This document shows positions 1-11,465 of a stretch of DNA of 64,000 bases, one piece after another. The first letter of the stretch is position 1, and every line of letters starts with the position of its first letter. Where the stretch lies: assembly GCA_950097015.1 (NCBI GenBank), contig CATNEN010000024.1:6882001-6946000 (forward strand), written 5' to 3'. Origin of the DNA: Macrostomum hystrix. Lineage: Eukaryota > Animalia > Platyhelminthes. The position numbers and the translations under genes were made by a program. The notes under the pieces are model-generated. The model was not told the DNA's origin, did not search any database, and saw only the letters and a list, made by a program, of their open reading frames with translations.

Positions 1-468
1 GTCTTTATTTGCTGCAGTCGTGACTTTTGCAAAAATTACACTCGCTGTTCTGTCAGCCTATAGCAGAATGCAAGGGCCTTGAATGACTGCGCCAATAAAC
101 TTTATAAGGCCACAAATTTTCACCTTTCCTAGAAACATACTCTCCTAGAAGCAGTTACGCAACATTTTTCTGAGTGGCAAAGCAATTTAGTGCCCGCAAA
201 CCGCTGACGCTTTGACCGCCCGGCGTGATGAAGTGGCCGACAAGCCTTGCGCACGGGGATACCTTTTGACATTTAGGCTAGTGCCAGCATGCCATGGCAA
301 CTAAAATCACTCAGCCTGCTCCCTTTCCTGTCCTTCCCTCAAGCATAGCCTAGGTTGGACACCTAAGCCAACTGTAAGAAAAGTACTGAATTATTTTGCT
401 AAATCCAAGCTTTCAGTGAAGAAGCTGAATTGTTTCATTCCAAAAAACATTTTGCTCATGCGAATCAA

Positions 469-1294
469 CTCACAGTGACAGATCAGCAGCTCAGTCAGTC
501 ACCAGCTCACAGTGACAGATCAGCAGCTCAGTCAGTCAGTCACCAGCTCACAGTGACAGATCAGCAGCTCAGTCAGTCAGTCACCAGCTCACAGTGACAG
601 ATCAGCAGCTCAGTCAGTCAGTCACCAGCTCACAGTGACAGATCAGCAGCTCAGTCAGTCACCAGCTCACAGTGACAGATCAGCAGCTCAGTCAGTCAGT
701 CACCAGCTCACAGTGACAGATCAGCAGCTCAGTCAGTCACCAGCTCACAGTGACAGATCAGCAGCTCAGTCAGTCAGTCACCAGCTCACAGTGACAGATC
801 AGCAGCTCAGTCAGTCAGTCACCAGCTCACAGTGACAGATCAGCAGCTCAGTCAGTCAGTCACCAGCTCACAGTGACAGATCAGCAGCTCAGTCAGTCAG
901 TCACCAGCTCACAGTGACAGATCAGCAGCTCAGTCAGTCAGTCACCAGCTCACAGTGACAGATCAGCAGCTCAGTCAGTCACCAGCTCACAGTGACAGAT
1001 CAGCAGCTCAGTCAGTCAGTCACCAGCTCACAGTGACAGATCAGCAGCTCAGTCAGTCAGTCACCAGCTCACAGTGACAGATCAGCAGCTCAGTCAGTCA
1101 GTCACCAGCTCACAGTGACAGATCAGCAGCTCAGTCAGTCAGTCACCAGCTCACAGTGACAGATCAGCAGCTCAGTCAGTCACCAGCTCACAGTGACAGA
1201 TCAGCAGCTCAGTCAGTCACCAGCTCACAGTGACAGATCAGCAGCTCAGTCAGTCACCAGCTCACAGTGGCAGATCAGCAGCTCAGTCAGTCAC
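469..1294. repeat. Minisatellite, 41-bp unit (37-bp variant) CCAGCTCACAGTGACAGATCAGCAGCTCAGTCAGTCAGTCA
   Basis: About 20 near-identical tandem units read directly; variants differ by one AGTC. Confidence 0.97.
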
Positions 1295-2916
1295 GCAGAA
1301 AATGACAAGCTGGTGGCAAATCACTAAGACAAAAAATGTCTACACAATGGCCTCAGTGCGTAAGAAGGAACATTGGAATTTTCGTGTCTGCTTGTCATCG
1401 AACGCAGCGATGCAGTGTGGTGTCTGTAGGGTTGGTACAGGTTTAGTGTAATGGATAACTACATGACGGCCAGATCCTATGCACCCATAGCTGTTTTATT
1501 GACCCAAGAAGAAAGACAGAGAGAGGCAAGACAGGCAGAAGTGGGGATCAGTAGCACACCTTGCCTAGTCGCTAATTGGCAAACTGCAGGCTCAGCTAAT
1601 TGCTGATAGCTAAGCCTCAGCTGCCTACAACGGAGACGGGAGATCGAGGGATATTAGTTGGGATTATCTCCCCTCCTATATCCCTTCCGCAATCTTATAG
1701 TGACTTGTTCATCTGCAAACTGCATTCTTTGACTTGTCTTCTGCTTTTTTGGAGATTCGAAAAGTTTGTGCCTCTCGGCCCCTCTTCCCAACGTCCTAAC
1801 CCAGCGCAGAAGCTAGTTTTTTCTGCCACCGACTGTCCATAAATACGCGGGTTTTCAATTACCGACCTGTACAGAAATGGCCCTTTTATTTGCGCCAAAC
1901 ACGGGCTGTGATTAAAACTTTTCTCTTTTAAATTTTAATGGGACTTTTTGCCATAGAAGACTTCATAAGTTGCTTTAACTTCAAGATGTACTTTTAGGTT
2001 ACCTGGAACAATATTCCTTTCATCTGCCTGCAATGTCCTCACATCTCTGTCACAAGGCACGCTTCCCGTTTCCTTTCACTCTCATTTCATTCCTGTCACT
2101 CAAGCTCCCATACCACTTTTTCATTACAATTATTTCCCAATCGGTGATTGGCATTGTACTTTTTGCTGTTAAATAAATAAGCGCAATTACTCGTAGTTTA
2201 TCTACCTTCACAAATGCATACTACTTCATTTCAGTACTATTGTAAGAATTCCATCAGACTGTATATTGAATGATTCTCAGTTATCATGAAATAGTATACA
2301 CATAAATTTGAAAATAAAAATTGTTAGCACAGTACAGTTAAGAACAGTTTTTTCGAAGCTTTCTCAGCTACATGGGGAGTAATTTAGAGTTAGCAGGATT
2401 TGAGTAGTGATTAGGGTAGGAACGATACACTGCTACTCAACAGTGCTACATTCCAGCAGATGATGAAGTTAGAGAGGAAAAGTGAGAAGACCTACAATAC
2501 AGGTGTGGTTACATTAGCTGTAGGGATTGCAGAATGTTTCTGAGCAGTGATTTCCTGCCCTTTTGATGCTCAACATGGACTGCGCCAGATCTCAAAGAGA
2601 TTTATTGTCACAGGATGTTGACTGCAGAGGTGTCAAAGAATGCTAGAAGCAATGAAAAGTAAAATTTGCTTTAATTAAAGGAAAACTAATTACTATCACC
2701 AAAAATTTAAAGTTTTTTAAAATATATTATTTCGAGTTTAATTAACATTCGTTAGGGCCTTTGAGATCTGGCACATCTTCTGGAGACAATTCTGCCCACT
2801 CCGCTGACTCCAGAGTAGTCGAATACATTCAGTCTCTCGGTAGTTGGTATTTTTATAACTGACAGTCATGCGTATTTAAAACAAAGAAAGTCAAACGGTT
2901 GGCAGTCGTCAAGAGT

Positions 2917-3576
2917 TCACCAACAGGTGTCAAACACCTCCAGGCCCTTCATGATGATTGGCGAGCTGCGGCAGTAGCGCAGAAAGTCGTCGCAGGTCAC
3001 TGCCCCCTTGCCATCGGCGTCCATCAGCGCGAAGATGTGCTCGGCGTGCTCCTGGACACTGCGAGCCGAGTCGCGACCCTTAGCCTGGCCTCCTAGAAGT
3101 TCGTAGACAGACTGCAGGAACTGCCCAATCTCCTCTCGACTGAGCGTCCCGTCCAGATTAACGTCGTATAGACGAAAGATCCACACAATCTTGTCCTGGA
3201 CGCTGCCTCTAGCCAGCTGTGACAGCCACATGACGTACTGGTGAAACGGCAGCGCTTGCCGCTTGTCAACGTCCAGCCAGTTGAAGACAATCCTGGCGAA
3301 TGGCGCCGGATTGCCGAAGGGGAACAGCTGGGAGAAGATGGCGCAGACGTGCTCCTCGCGCACTACCCCGGTCGGGCAGTCCTGCTTGAAGCCGCGGTAG
3401 ATCAGGCGCAGTTCCCGCTCGCTGAACTTCGATCGCTGGGCTAGCAACCGGATTGGCGGCGGCTTGTATCTATGGCAACCGTTGCTAGGTGTCGCGGAGC
3501 CTTGGTGCGAATCCATGTCGTTGGCGATCAGGCTATCTGAGAGGATCAGTGAAATGGACGAGTTAATAATCCCCAT
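2917..3576 (-). CDS. KCNIP: Kv channel-interacting protein / calsenilin-like neuronal calcium sensor (219 aa, coding region uninterrupted)
   Basis: Family hallmarks: ELRLIYRGFKQDCPTGVV (EF1 with CPxG), KIVWIFRLYDVNLDGTLSREE (EF3), EHIFALMDADGKGAVT (EF4). The N-terminus MGIINS fits MGxxxS myristoylation. There is an in-frame stop upstream of the ATG, and an acceptor TTTTTTCTGTCCTCAG at 3665-3664. Confidence 0.93.
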   Translation of the reverse strand: MGIINSSISLILSDSLIANDMDSHQGSATPSNGCHRYKPPPIRLLAQRSKFSERELRLIYRGFKQDCPTGVVREEHVCAIFSQLFPFGNPAPFARIVFNWLDVDKRQALPFHQYVMWLSQLARGSVQDKIVWIFRLYDVNLDGTLSREEIGQFLQSVYELLGGQAKGRDSARSVQEHAEHIFALMDADGKGAVTCDDFLRYCRSSPIIMKGLEVFDTCW

Positions 3577-3757
3577 GGTTGACGTGACAGTGGATTGGAC
3601 AGTGACTGTCTTGCTTTCTAAAAGCCAATGGTCTCAAGATCTGAGCACACTCTCTTCGCCTATCTGAGGACAGAAAAAAACAGAAAGCAAAGAGTTTCTG
3701 AGTGCGCAGGGAACTCGACTCCCAGCGACTCGGCACTTCACAGATTAATGAGTGTGC

Positions 3758-3918
3758 TCAAGTTGAGTAGCGCTCGAAATATCCTTTTAGAAGCAGATAC
3801 TGCTCCAACTCCACCCGAGGATACCTTGAACGCAGTGACTCTGTAGGCTCGCCTCTGTGTGCGAATTTTCGCTCTTCCTGGACAGCTCTTCGCGCGGACA
3901 CTTCTTCAAGTCTTCTTC
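3758..3918 (-). CDS. Putative coding exon of an unidentified gene (RRLEEVSARRAVQEERKFAHRGEPTESLRSRYPRVELEQYLLLKGYFERYST*), or an upstream KChIP exon
   Basis: Acceptor TTGCTTCTTTAG at 3920-3919; one frame is open to TGA 3760-3758. A second frame is open to a CAAG|GTATCC donor. No family recognised. Confidence 0.3.
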
Positions 3919-4059
3919 CTAAAGAAGCAATTTCAAAGCTAACAGCCCGTGCAGTAGCTTATTGAAAAGAAAATGACAGTTTACATAGTCATTCAGCAAA
4001 AGGAAGCCTTCATTATTTAGTACGTACAGATATCGCACTCATTCTTCAGCTGTGTCACA

Positions 4060-5100
4060 TTAATTATTCAGTACAGGTGTCACATTCTTTCCTCAGTTGG
4101 GGTGTGCACAGTCATTCTTTAGTACAGGTGTCAAAGTCATTATTCAGTACAGGTGTCAAAGTCATTCTTTAGTAGAGGTGTCAAAGTCATTTTTCAGTAC
4201 AGGTGTCAGAGTCATTCTTCAGTACAGGTGTCAAAGTCATTTTTCAGTACAGGTGTCAGAGTCATTCTTCAGTACAGGTGTCAAAGTCATTATTAAGTAC
4301 AGGTGTCAAAGTCATTCTTTAGTACAGGTGTCAAAGTCATTATTAAGTACAGGTGTCAAAGTCATTATTCAGTACAGGTGTCAGAGTCATTCTTCAGTAC
4401 AGGTGTCAAAGTCATTATTAAGTACAGGTGTCAAAGTCATTCTTTAGTACATGTGTCAAAGTCATTTTTCAGTACAGGTGTCAAAATCATTCTTTAGTAC
4501 AGGTGTCAAAGTCATTCTTTAGTACATGTGTCAAAGTCATTTTTCAGTACAGGTGTCAAAATCATTCTTTAGTACAGGTGTCAAAGTCATTCTTCAGTAC
4601 AGGTGTCAAAGTCATTCTTCAGTACAGGTGTCAAAGTCATTCTTCATTACAGGTGTCAAAGTCATTCTTCAGTACAGGTGTCAAAGTCATTCTTTAGTAC
4701 AGGTGTCAAAGTCATTCTTCAGTACAGGTGAACACAGTCATTATTCAGTACAGGTGAACACAGTCATTATTCATTACAGGTGAACACAGTCATTATTCAG
4801 TACAGGTGAACACAGTCATTATTCATTACAGGTGAACACAGTCATTATTCATTACAGTTGTCGAAGTCATTATTCAGTACAGGTGTCAAAGCCATTCTTC
4901 AGTACAGGTGTCAAAGTCATTATTCAGTACAGGTGTCAAAGCCATTCTTCAGTACAGGTGTCAAAGTCACTATTCAGTACAGGTGTCAAAGTCATTCTTT
5001 AGTACAGGTGTCAAAGTCACTATTCAGTACAGGTGTCAAAGTCATTCTTTAGTACAGGTGTCAAAGTCATTATTAAGTACAGGTGTCAAAGTCATTCTTT
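4060..5100. repeat. Minisatellite, 25-bp unit TTCAGTACAGGTGTCAAAGTCATTC
   Basis: About 40 tandem units, with a GTGAACACAG variant block at ~4725-4850. Confidence 0.97.
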
Positions 5101-5189
5101 GGTGCCTTTTTCATCTGAGCCAATATTTTAACCACAATATGAGCACGTCTTATGAGTAATTGCAGCCACTTTCACACAACAATATTTAC

Positions 5190-5343
5190 TGTGAAGTCTC
5201 CTCTGGGATGAGCTGCTGGTAGAAGTCGGTCAGTGGCCTACTCAAACTCTTCTCATTCTGAGTCTCATCAAGGCTCAGCACTTTTCCATGCGGGCTTCTT
5301 TCTAAAAGAAATGATTTTTCACTTGAGTAGGATAAAAGACTTT
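5190..5343 (-). CDS. Putative coding exon (ESLLSYSSEKSFLLERSPHGKVLSLDETQNEKSLSRPLTDFYQQLIPEETS)
   Basis: Branch-like CTAAC plus acceptor TTCTAAG at 5345-5344; single open frame; candidate donor GTAAAT at 5189. No homology recognised. Confidence 0.25.
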
Positions 5344-5674
5344 CTTAGAATTGGAGTTAGGAAGAATCCTGGGCGTGGGATAAGAATATTTTGGGCCGAG
5401 CAGCGCTCATTATCTTTCGAGGCTTAGAAGTGCAGACACTTTGAGTAATTGCTTCGACTCCAGTAAACAGTCTTTTTTCAGACGGATTTTCTGCTACTTA
5501 CATTGTCTTCTTCTACTAGTGGAAAGCTATATTTGACCATCAAGTTCCAAGATCCAAAGCTGCTCCAAATAAATTCTAAGTAGCATAATAATCATTCAAG
5601 CTAATTTTAGGCTGCTAAAAGTCCATTACTTTATTTTTAGATTCATTCAGTTTTCGGTTTCTGGTAAGTGTCGA

Positions 5675-6035
5675 TTTGGGTTAGTGAAGATTCGGGTTAG
5701 TGAAGATTCGGGTTAGTGAAGATTCGGGTTAGTGAAGATTCGGGTTGGTGAAGATTTGGGTTAGTGAAGATTCGGGTTAGTGAAGATTCGGGTTAGTGAA
5801 GATTCGGGTTAGTGAAGATTCGGGTTGATGAAGATTCGGGTTAGTGAAGATTCGGGTTAGTGAAGATTCGGGTTAGTAAAGATTCGGGTTAGTGAAGATT
5901 CGGGTTAGTGAAGATTCGGGTTAGTGAAGATTCGGGTTAGTGAAGATTCAGGTTAGTGAAGATTCGGGTTGGTGAAGATTCGGGTTAGTGAAGATTCGGG
6001 TTGGGGAAGTTTCTAGTTGGTGAAATTTCGGGTTG
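5675..6035. repeat. Minisatellite, 16-bp unit GGGTTAGTGAAGATTC
   Basis: About 21 tandem units with degenerate ends. Confidence 0.96.
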
Positions 6036-6374
6036 TCATGTCAAGTGAAGTCGAAATATCTGACTTGAAATGCCACTATGAATTTGCAAGCCATTGCTTT
6101 AGACAAAAGATCTAAAAACTGAGCTAAGTGTGTCGTCGTACTAAGCGTGTAGCTGCTCGGTAACAACGACTGCTGCTATTTTGTTTGTTTGTTATTCGTC
6201 TAAATTATTGGTCCGAGTCATTTTTGCTACTTGCATCACCAACATAAGTAGTAGACGAAGCAAAGGGAATATTATGCTATGTTTGCTACGTCGAAAGTGG
6301 CAGGTTTGATTTGAGTAATTGGCGGGGATCTTTTGAGTAGAACGATGTAGAGTAGCTAGTTAAAGAGGTAAAGT

Positions 6375-6760
6375 AGGGTAGAGGCAGAGGCGGGTGGAGA
6401 CAGAGGTAGAGGCGGGTGGAGACAGAGGTAGAGGCGGGTGGAGACAGAGGTAGAGGCGGGTTAGAGACAGAGGTAGAGGCGGGTGGAGACAGAGGTAGAG
6501 GCGGGTGGAGACAGAGGTAGAGGCGGGTTAGAGGCAGAGGTAGAGGCGGGTGGAGACAGAGGTAGAGGCGGGTGGAGACAGAGGTAGAGGCGGGTTAGAG
6601 ACAGAGGTAGAGGCGGGTGGAGACAGAGGTAGAGGCGGGTGGAGACAGAGGTAGAGGCGGGTTAGAGGCAGAGGTAGAGGCGGGTGGAGACAGAGGTAGA
6701 GGCGGGTGGAGACAGAGGTAGAGGCGGGTTAGAGACAGAGGTAGAGGTGGGTGGTGAATG
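6375..6760. repeat. Minisatellite, 22-bp unit GAGGTAGAGGCGGGTGGAGACA
   Basis: About 17 tandem purine-rich units. Confidence 0.96.
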
Positions 6761-7109
6761 GGGTAGAGTTTGTTTAAGTAAGAAAGGTTTATATAAAATA
6801 AAGAATAGAATACGGTCGCAAAACATCACAAATCATATAGAGACAATTTCGCTTACATTTTTAATACGCATGGTTAAAAAAAGCCAGCATTCTGGTTGCC
6901 TAAAGTCATATTTGGCTTAAAGCAAATAGTTTAAATTAAAATATATCTAAATACAACAGGTCACAATACTGCCGATTGAACAGGTGACTAGGCTAGTCTA
7001 AGTTTGAAGGGGCTCAAATCGTGCAAATGCAAAACTTTTTCGGGCCTAAAAGATATATTATATCGACAGATTTGGTAAGACGGAATTAAAGATTGGTGGA
7101 TACGTGGAT

Positions 7110-8465
7110 TTCATTTTGTTAGGATTTATTTGAGTTGGGATTTCGTCGATTTGGGATTTCAGTGAGTTGGGATTTCAGTGAGTTGGGATTTCATCGAGCT
7201 GGGATTCCTTTGAGTTGGGATTTCTTTGAGATGGGATTTCTTTGAGTTGGGATTTCTTTGAGATGGGATTTCTTTGAGATGGGATTTCTTTGAGATGGGA
7301 TTTCATCGAGTTGTGATTTCTTTGAGATGGGATTTCTTTGAGATGGGATTTCTTTGAGTTGGGATTTCTTTGAGATGGGATTTCTTTGAGATGGGATTTC
7401 TTTGAGATGAGATTTCATCGAGTTGTGATTTCATCGAGTTGTGATTTCTTTGAGTTGTGATTTCTTTGAGTTGGGATTTCTTTGAGATGGGATTTCTTTG
7501 AGTTAGGATTTCATCGAGTTGTGATTTCTTTGAGATGGGATTTCTTTGAGATGGGATTTCTTTGAGATGGGATTTCTTTGAGATGGGATTTCTTTGAGAT
7601 GGGATTTCTTTGAGATGGGATTTCTTTGAGATGGGATTTCTTTGAGATGGGATTTCTTTGAGATGGGATTTCTTTGAATTGGGATTTCATCGAGTTGTGA
7701 TTTCTTTGAGATGGGATTTCTTTGAGATGGGATTTCATCGAGTTGTGATTTCATCGAGTTGTGATTTCTTTGAGATGGGATTTCTTTGAGATGGGATTTC
7801 ATCGAGTTGTGATTCCTTTGAGATGGGATTTCTTTGAGATGGGATTTCTTTGAGATGGGATTTCTTTGAGATGAGATTTCATCGAGTTGTGATTTCATCG
7901 AGTTGTGATTTCTTTGAGTTGTGATTTCTTTGAGTTGGGATTTCTTTGAGATGGGATTTCTTTGAGTTAGGATTTCATCGAGTTGTGATTTCTTTGAGAT
8001 GGGATTTCTTTGAGATGGGATTTCTTTGAGATGGGATTTCTTTGAGATGGGATTTCTTTGAGATGGGATTTCTTTGAGATGGGATTTCTTTGAGATGGGA
8101 TTTCTTTGAGATGGGATTTCTTTGAGATGGGATTTCTTTGAGATGGGATTTCTTTGAATTGGGATTTCATCGAGTTGTGATTTCTTTGAGATGGGATTTC
8201 TTTGAGATGGGATTTCATCGAGTTGTGATTTCATCGAGTTGTGATTTCTTTGAGATGGGATTTCTTTGAGATGGGATTTCATCGAGTTGTGATTCCTTTG
8301 AGATGGGATTTCTTTGAGATGGGATTTCTTTGAATTGGGATTTCATCGAGTTGTGATTTTTTCAGTTGGGATTTCATCGAGTTGTGATTTCTTTGAGTTG
8401 GGATTTCTTTGAGTTGGGATTTCTTTGAGATGGGGTTTCTTTGAGTTGGGATTTCTCTGAATAGG
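7110..8465. repeat. Minisatellite, 16-bp unit GGGATTTCTTTGAGAT / GTGATTTCATCGAGTT with ~470-bp higher-order duplication
   Basis: About 84 units; diagnostic variants recur at 7410/7874 and 7677/8157. Confidence 0.97.
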
Positions 8466-8626
8466 GAATTTAGTAAAAGAGGAGTTTTTAAAGGGACTTG
8501 GCAGAGTTTTAGGATTTACTTGTTGAAAGATCTGAGTTCCGATAAAGTTGTACCAACATGCACGAACAAATAAAGGAAACAGTGGCATTGAGCAGAGCGG
8601 TGATTGGTCGGAGCCTTCGCAGCCAA

Positions 8627-9193
8627 TCACAGCACGCCCCTGTCCAGCAGTTCCTGCACACCGTCGCACAGTGGCGCCATGTGGCCGGCCAATTTCGACT
8701 CCGGATCCAGCAGAGCCTCCAGGAAGCCGCGGTCCGAGAAGAACTGGGCGCAGGTGCGAACTCCGCGCAGCGACTTCTCGCTCAGGTGACGCCGGGTGGC
8801 CCGCAGCACCAGGTCCTCGCAGCGCTGAACTCGCAGGATGGCCTCGCCGATGTCCACCTGACGTTGTCGACGAAAAGTGCGCACCGCTGTTTCGGCCAGC
8901 TCGGAGAATTGGTCGCGAAATTCTTCGACGAGATTTTTTTCGTCCTCGTTGAGAACATTGTTGAGATAGAGCACACCGATCTTCATGTTGATCTTCACCA
9001 CCTGCTTCATCAGCCGCTTAGCCGGCTGCCGTGATCCGCACCACAGCTTCACAACTCGGTAGAGCTCGTCTAGCAGTCGGGCCGATGTTGAGTCTAGAAA
9101 GATTTTTAGAGCAGACTTCGAAGCTAATCGGCCAATCAGCTTCTTCTGGGCTCTGACGCTGATGCTGTGCGAGTTGAACTTGCCGTCGTCGCT

Positions 9194-9226
<33 letters not shown>

Positions 9227-9255
9227 TCCTTTCGCGCCTCCACTAGCTTCTGCCT
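8627..9255 (-). CDS. TNFAIP8: TNFAIP8/TIPE-family protein, main (last) coding exon
   Basis: FNSHSISVRAQKKLIGRLASK, SARLLDELYRV, KIGVLYLNNVLN, RHLSEKSLRGV, FFSDRGFLEALL and LCDGVQELLD match the TNFAIP8 pattern as I recall it (FNSKNLAVQAQKK, LDELYRV, RHLTAKSHGRV, FSDCEFLAAL, LCDGINKML). The listed ORF start at 9340 is TTG and intronic; the best acceptor is CCCTCCCCTAATCCAG at 9257-9256. Confidence 0.93.
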
Positions 9256-9574
9256 CTGGATTAGGGGAGGGAGGATGTTTTTGGCTCTCTAAATCTCGAT
9301 CTATCAAATTCTCTCTTTCATTTTGGCTTCTTTTAATCAACGAAATCGCACTAAATAAATTATTCCTCCTGACTTGAAGTGTCGCTAATAGAGCACGAGT
9401 AGTTTGTTAATTTCCCCGTATGGTTGGGGACCACAGCTCTCCTAATGCCTCTAACCAGCTGTTGTCTTCGTGATTGAGAGTACTTACCTCACTAAGTATG
9501 CCTTTCCTATTGCTGCACTTCTTAATATTGAGGGATTGAGAAATGGAAACGAATGATGTAGAGAATGAGATTGA

Positions 9575-10190
9575 GAAGATGAGAGGGAGAGAAGGAAATA
9601 GAGATCAGGAGAGGGAGGGGAGGAGAGTGAGCGGAAGAGGTGGAGGGTTGGAGTGGGAGAGGAGGAGAGTGAGAGGGAGAGGAAGAGATGGAGGGTTGGA
9701 GTGGTAGAGGAGGAGAGGGTGAGGAAGAGGGGGAGAGGAAGAGAGAGAGAGGAGGAGGGGAGGAGGAGAGGGAGAGGATGGGAGGGAGAGGAGGAGAGTG
9801 AGATAAGGAGAGGAAGAGGAGGAGAGGGAGAGGAGGAGAGGGAGAGGAGGAGAGGGAGAGTAGGAGAGTGAGAGGAGGAGATGGAGAGGAGGAGAGGGAG
9901 AGGAGGAGAGGGTGAGGAGGAGATGGAGAGGAGGAGAGGGTGAGGAGGAGATGGAGAGGAGGAGAGGGTGAGGAGGAGATGGAGAGGAGGAGATGGAGAG
10001 GAGGAGAGGGTGAGGAGGAGATGGAGAGGAGGAGAGGGAGAGGAGGAGAGGGAGAGGAGGAGAGGGTGAGGAGGAGATGGAGAGGAGGAGAGGGTGAGGA
10101 GGAGAGGGAGAGGAGGAGAGGGTGAGGAGGAGATGGAGAGGAGGAGAGGGAGAGGAGGAGAGGGAGTGGAGGAGAGAGAGAAGATGAGAT
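9575..10190. repeat. Intronic polypurine minisatellite, ~14-bp unit GAGGGAGAGGAGGA
   Basis: Direct reading; lies in a TNFAIP8 intron. Confidence 0.95.
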
Positions 10191-10344
10191 GGCAGAGCTT
10201 GATGTGTAGACAGTAATGAAGAGCGCAAAGGTGAGCAATCTGCATTTATATGCATTTTATCCTGCTGAACCTGCACTGGCAGTCTCCTAAGCTTTTGTCT
10301 GATCGATGTCAGCCGCCTCACTAAGAAGAGAAATGCAAACTCAC

Positions 10345-10407
10345 CAGTGGACCGCGACATGACACAAAAGCAGAGCGAAAGCAGAATTGATCCGGATTGT
10401 ATTCCAG
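10345..10407 (-). CDS. TNFAIP8: Small upstream exon of the TNFAIP8 gene (contains ATG 10360, MSRST, phase-1 donor)
   Basis: Acceptor TCTTTCAG (10409-10408) and donor GTGAGT (10344). ATG TCG CGG TCC ACT G joins the 9255 exon in frame (G|AG). Confidence 0.55.
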
Positions 10408-10513
10408 CTGAAAGATTGCGGGATTCTTAAGCCAGTCAATTACTTCACGCTAAAGGCTGCATTGGAAGCTTAAAATATGTCATGGCCAGGCTAGTTGCAT
10501 GCGGTATACTCAC

Positions 10514-10816
10514 CTGATTTTCTCCCCAATCATCCTCTTCCTCCTTCTCCGCGTCTCCCTTCTGCTCAGAGATGGCATTCTCTACCATGGCCTGAGCACA
10601 GTGTGTAGTGAGGCGGTTTTGCGGCGCCAGCGAATCAGAGAGAGAAAGTTGAGCAGTGCGTGAGATTTTGCAGCCGGATGGTCGATAGTTAGAGAGGGCA
10701 TTGTGGAGGAAGGGTGGAGGGCTACGTAAGATTCTGGGAATGCGACTATTGTGGACCGCCACTAGCGCGTATTGTAGCTCTGAGCAAAATGGAAAATAGT
10801 GCTCAGTAGAAGATAT
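10514..10816 (-). other. Upstream exon of the TNFAIP8 gene (303 nt; GCC-ATG-G at 10588, MVENAISEQKGDAEKEEEDDWGENQ)
   Basis: Acceptor CCCTATCGATCTCAG (10818-10817); donor CAG|GTGAGT (10513). A further upstream donor G|GTAAGT lies at 11564. Confidence 0.5.
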
Positions 10817-10849
10817 CTGAGATCGATAGGGGAATAGAGGGTACGGATG

Positions 10850-11465
10850 AGATTATAGAGATGAGGAGAGATGAGAGAGGGAGTGAGATGAGAGAGGGGT
10901 GAGATGAGAGAGGGAGTGAGAAGAGAGGGGGGTGAGATGAGAGAGGGAGTGAGATGAGAGAGAGAGTGAGATGAGAGAGAGGGTGAGATAGAGGGAGGTG
11001 AGATGTGAGAGGGGGTGAGATAGAGGGGGGTGAGATGAGAGAGTGGAGAGATGAGAGAGTGGAGAGATGAGATAGGGGGAGAAGATGAGAGAGGGGGTGA
11101 GATGAGAGAGGGGGAGAGATAAGAGAGGGGGTGAGATGAGAGAGAGGGTGAGATAAAGGGAGGTGAGATGTGAGAGGGGTGAGATGAGAGAGGGGGTGAG
11201 ATAGAGGGGGGTGAGATGAGAGAGTTGAGAGATGAGAGAGTGGAGAGATGAGAGAGGGGGAGAAGATGAGAGAGGGGGGTGAGATAGAGGGGGTGAGATG
11301 AGAGAGTGGAGAGATGAGAGAGTGGAGAGATGAGAGAGGGGGAGAAGATGAGAGAGGGGGTGAGATGAGAGAGGGGAGAGATGAGAGAGAGGGAGAGATG
11401 AGAGAGAGGGAGAGATGAGAGAGGGGGAGAGATGACAGAGGGGGAGAGATGAGAGAGGGGTAGTG
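10850..11465. repeat. Intronic polypurine minisatellite, ~17-19-bp unit GAGATGAGAGAGGGGGT
   Basis: Direct reading; lies between donor 11564 and acceptor 10817. Confidence 0.93.

Noticed and set aside
5675-6035. GGGTTAG telomere-like motif in the 16-bp unit
   Set aside because: Only one hexamer per unit, not (TTAGGG)n.
8548-9034. Plus-strand ORFs antisense to TNFAIP8, and similar ones opposite KChIP, GDPD and PCDH
   Set aside because: Shadow ORFs caused by GC-rich codon usage of the real genes.
9256-9340. TNFAIP8 ORF start at 9340
   Set aside because: TTG codon in AT-rich intronic sequence; upstream exons provide ATGs.
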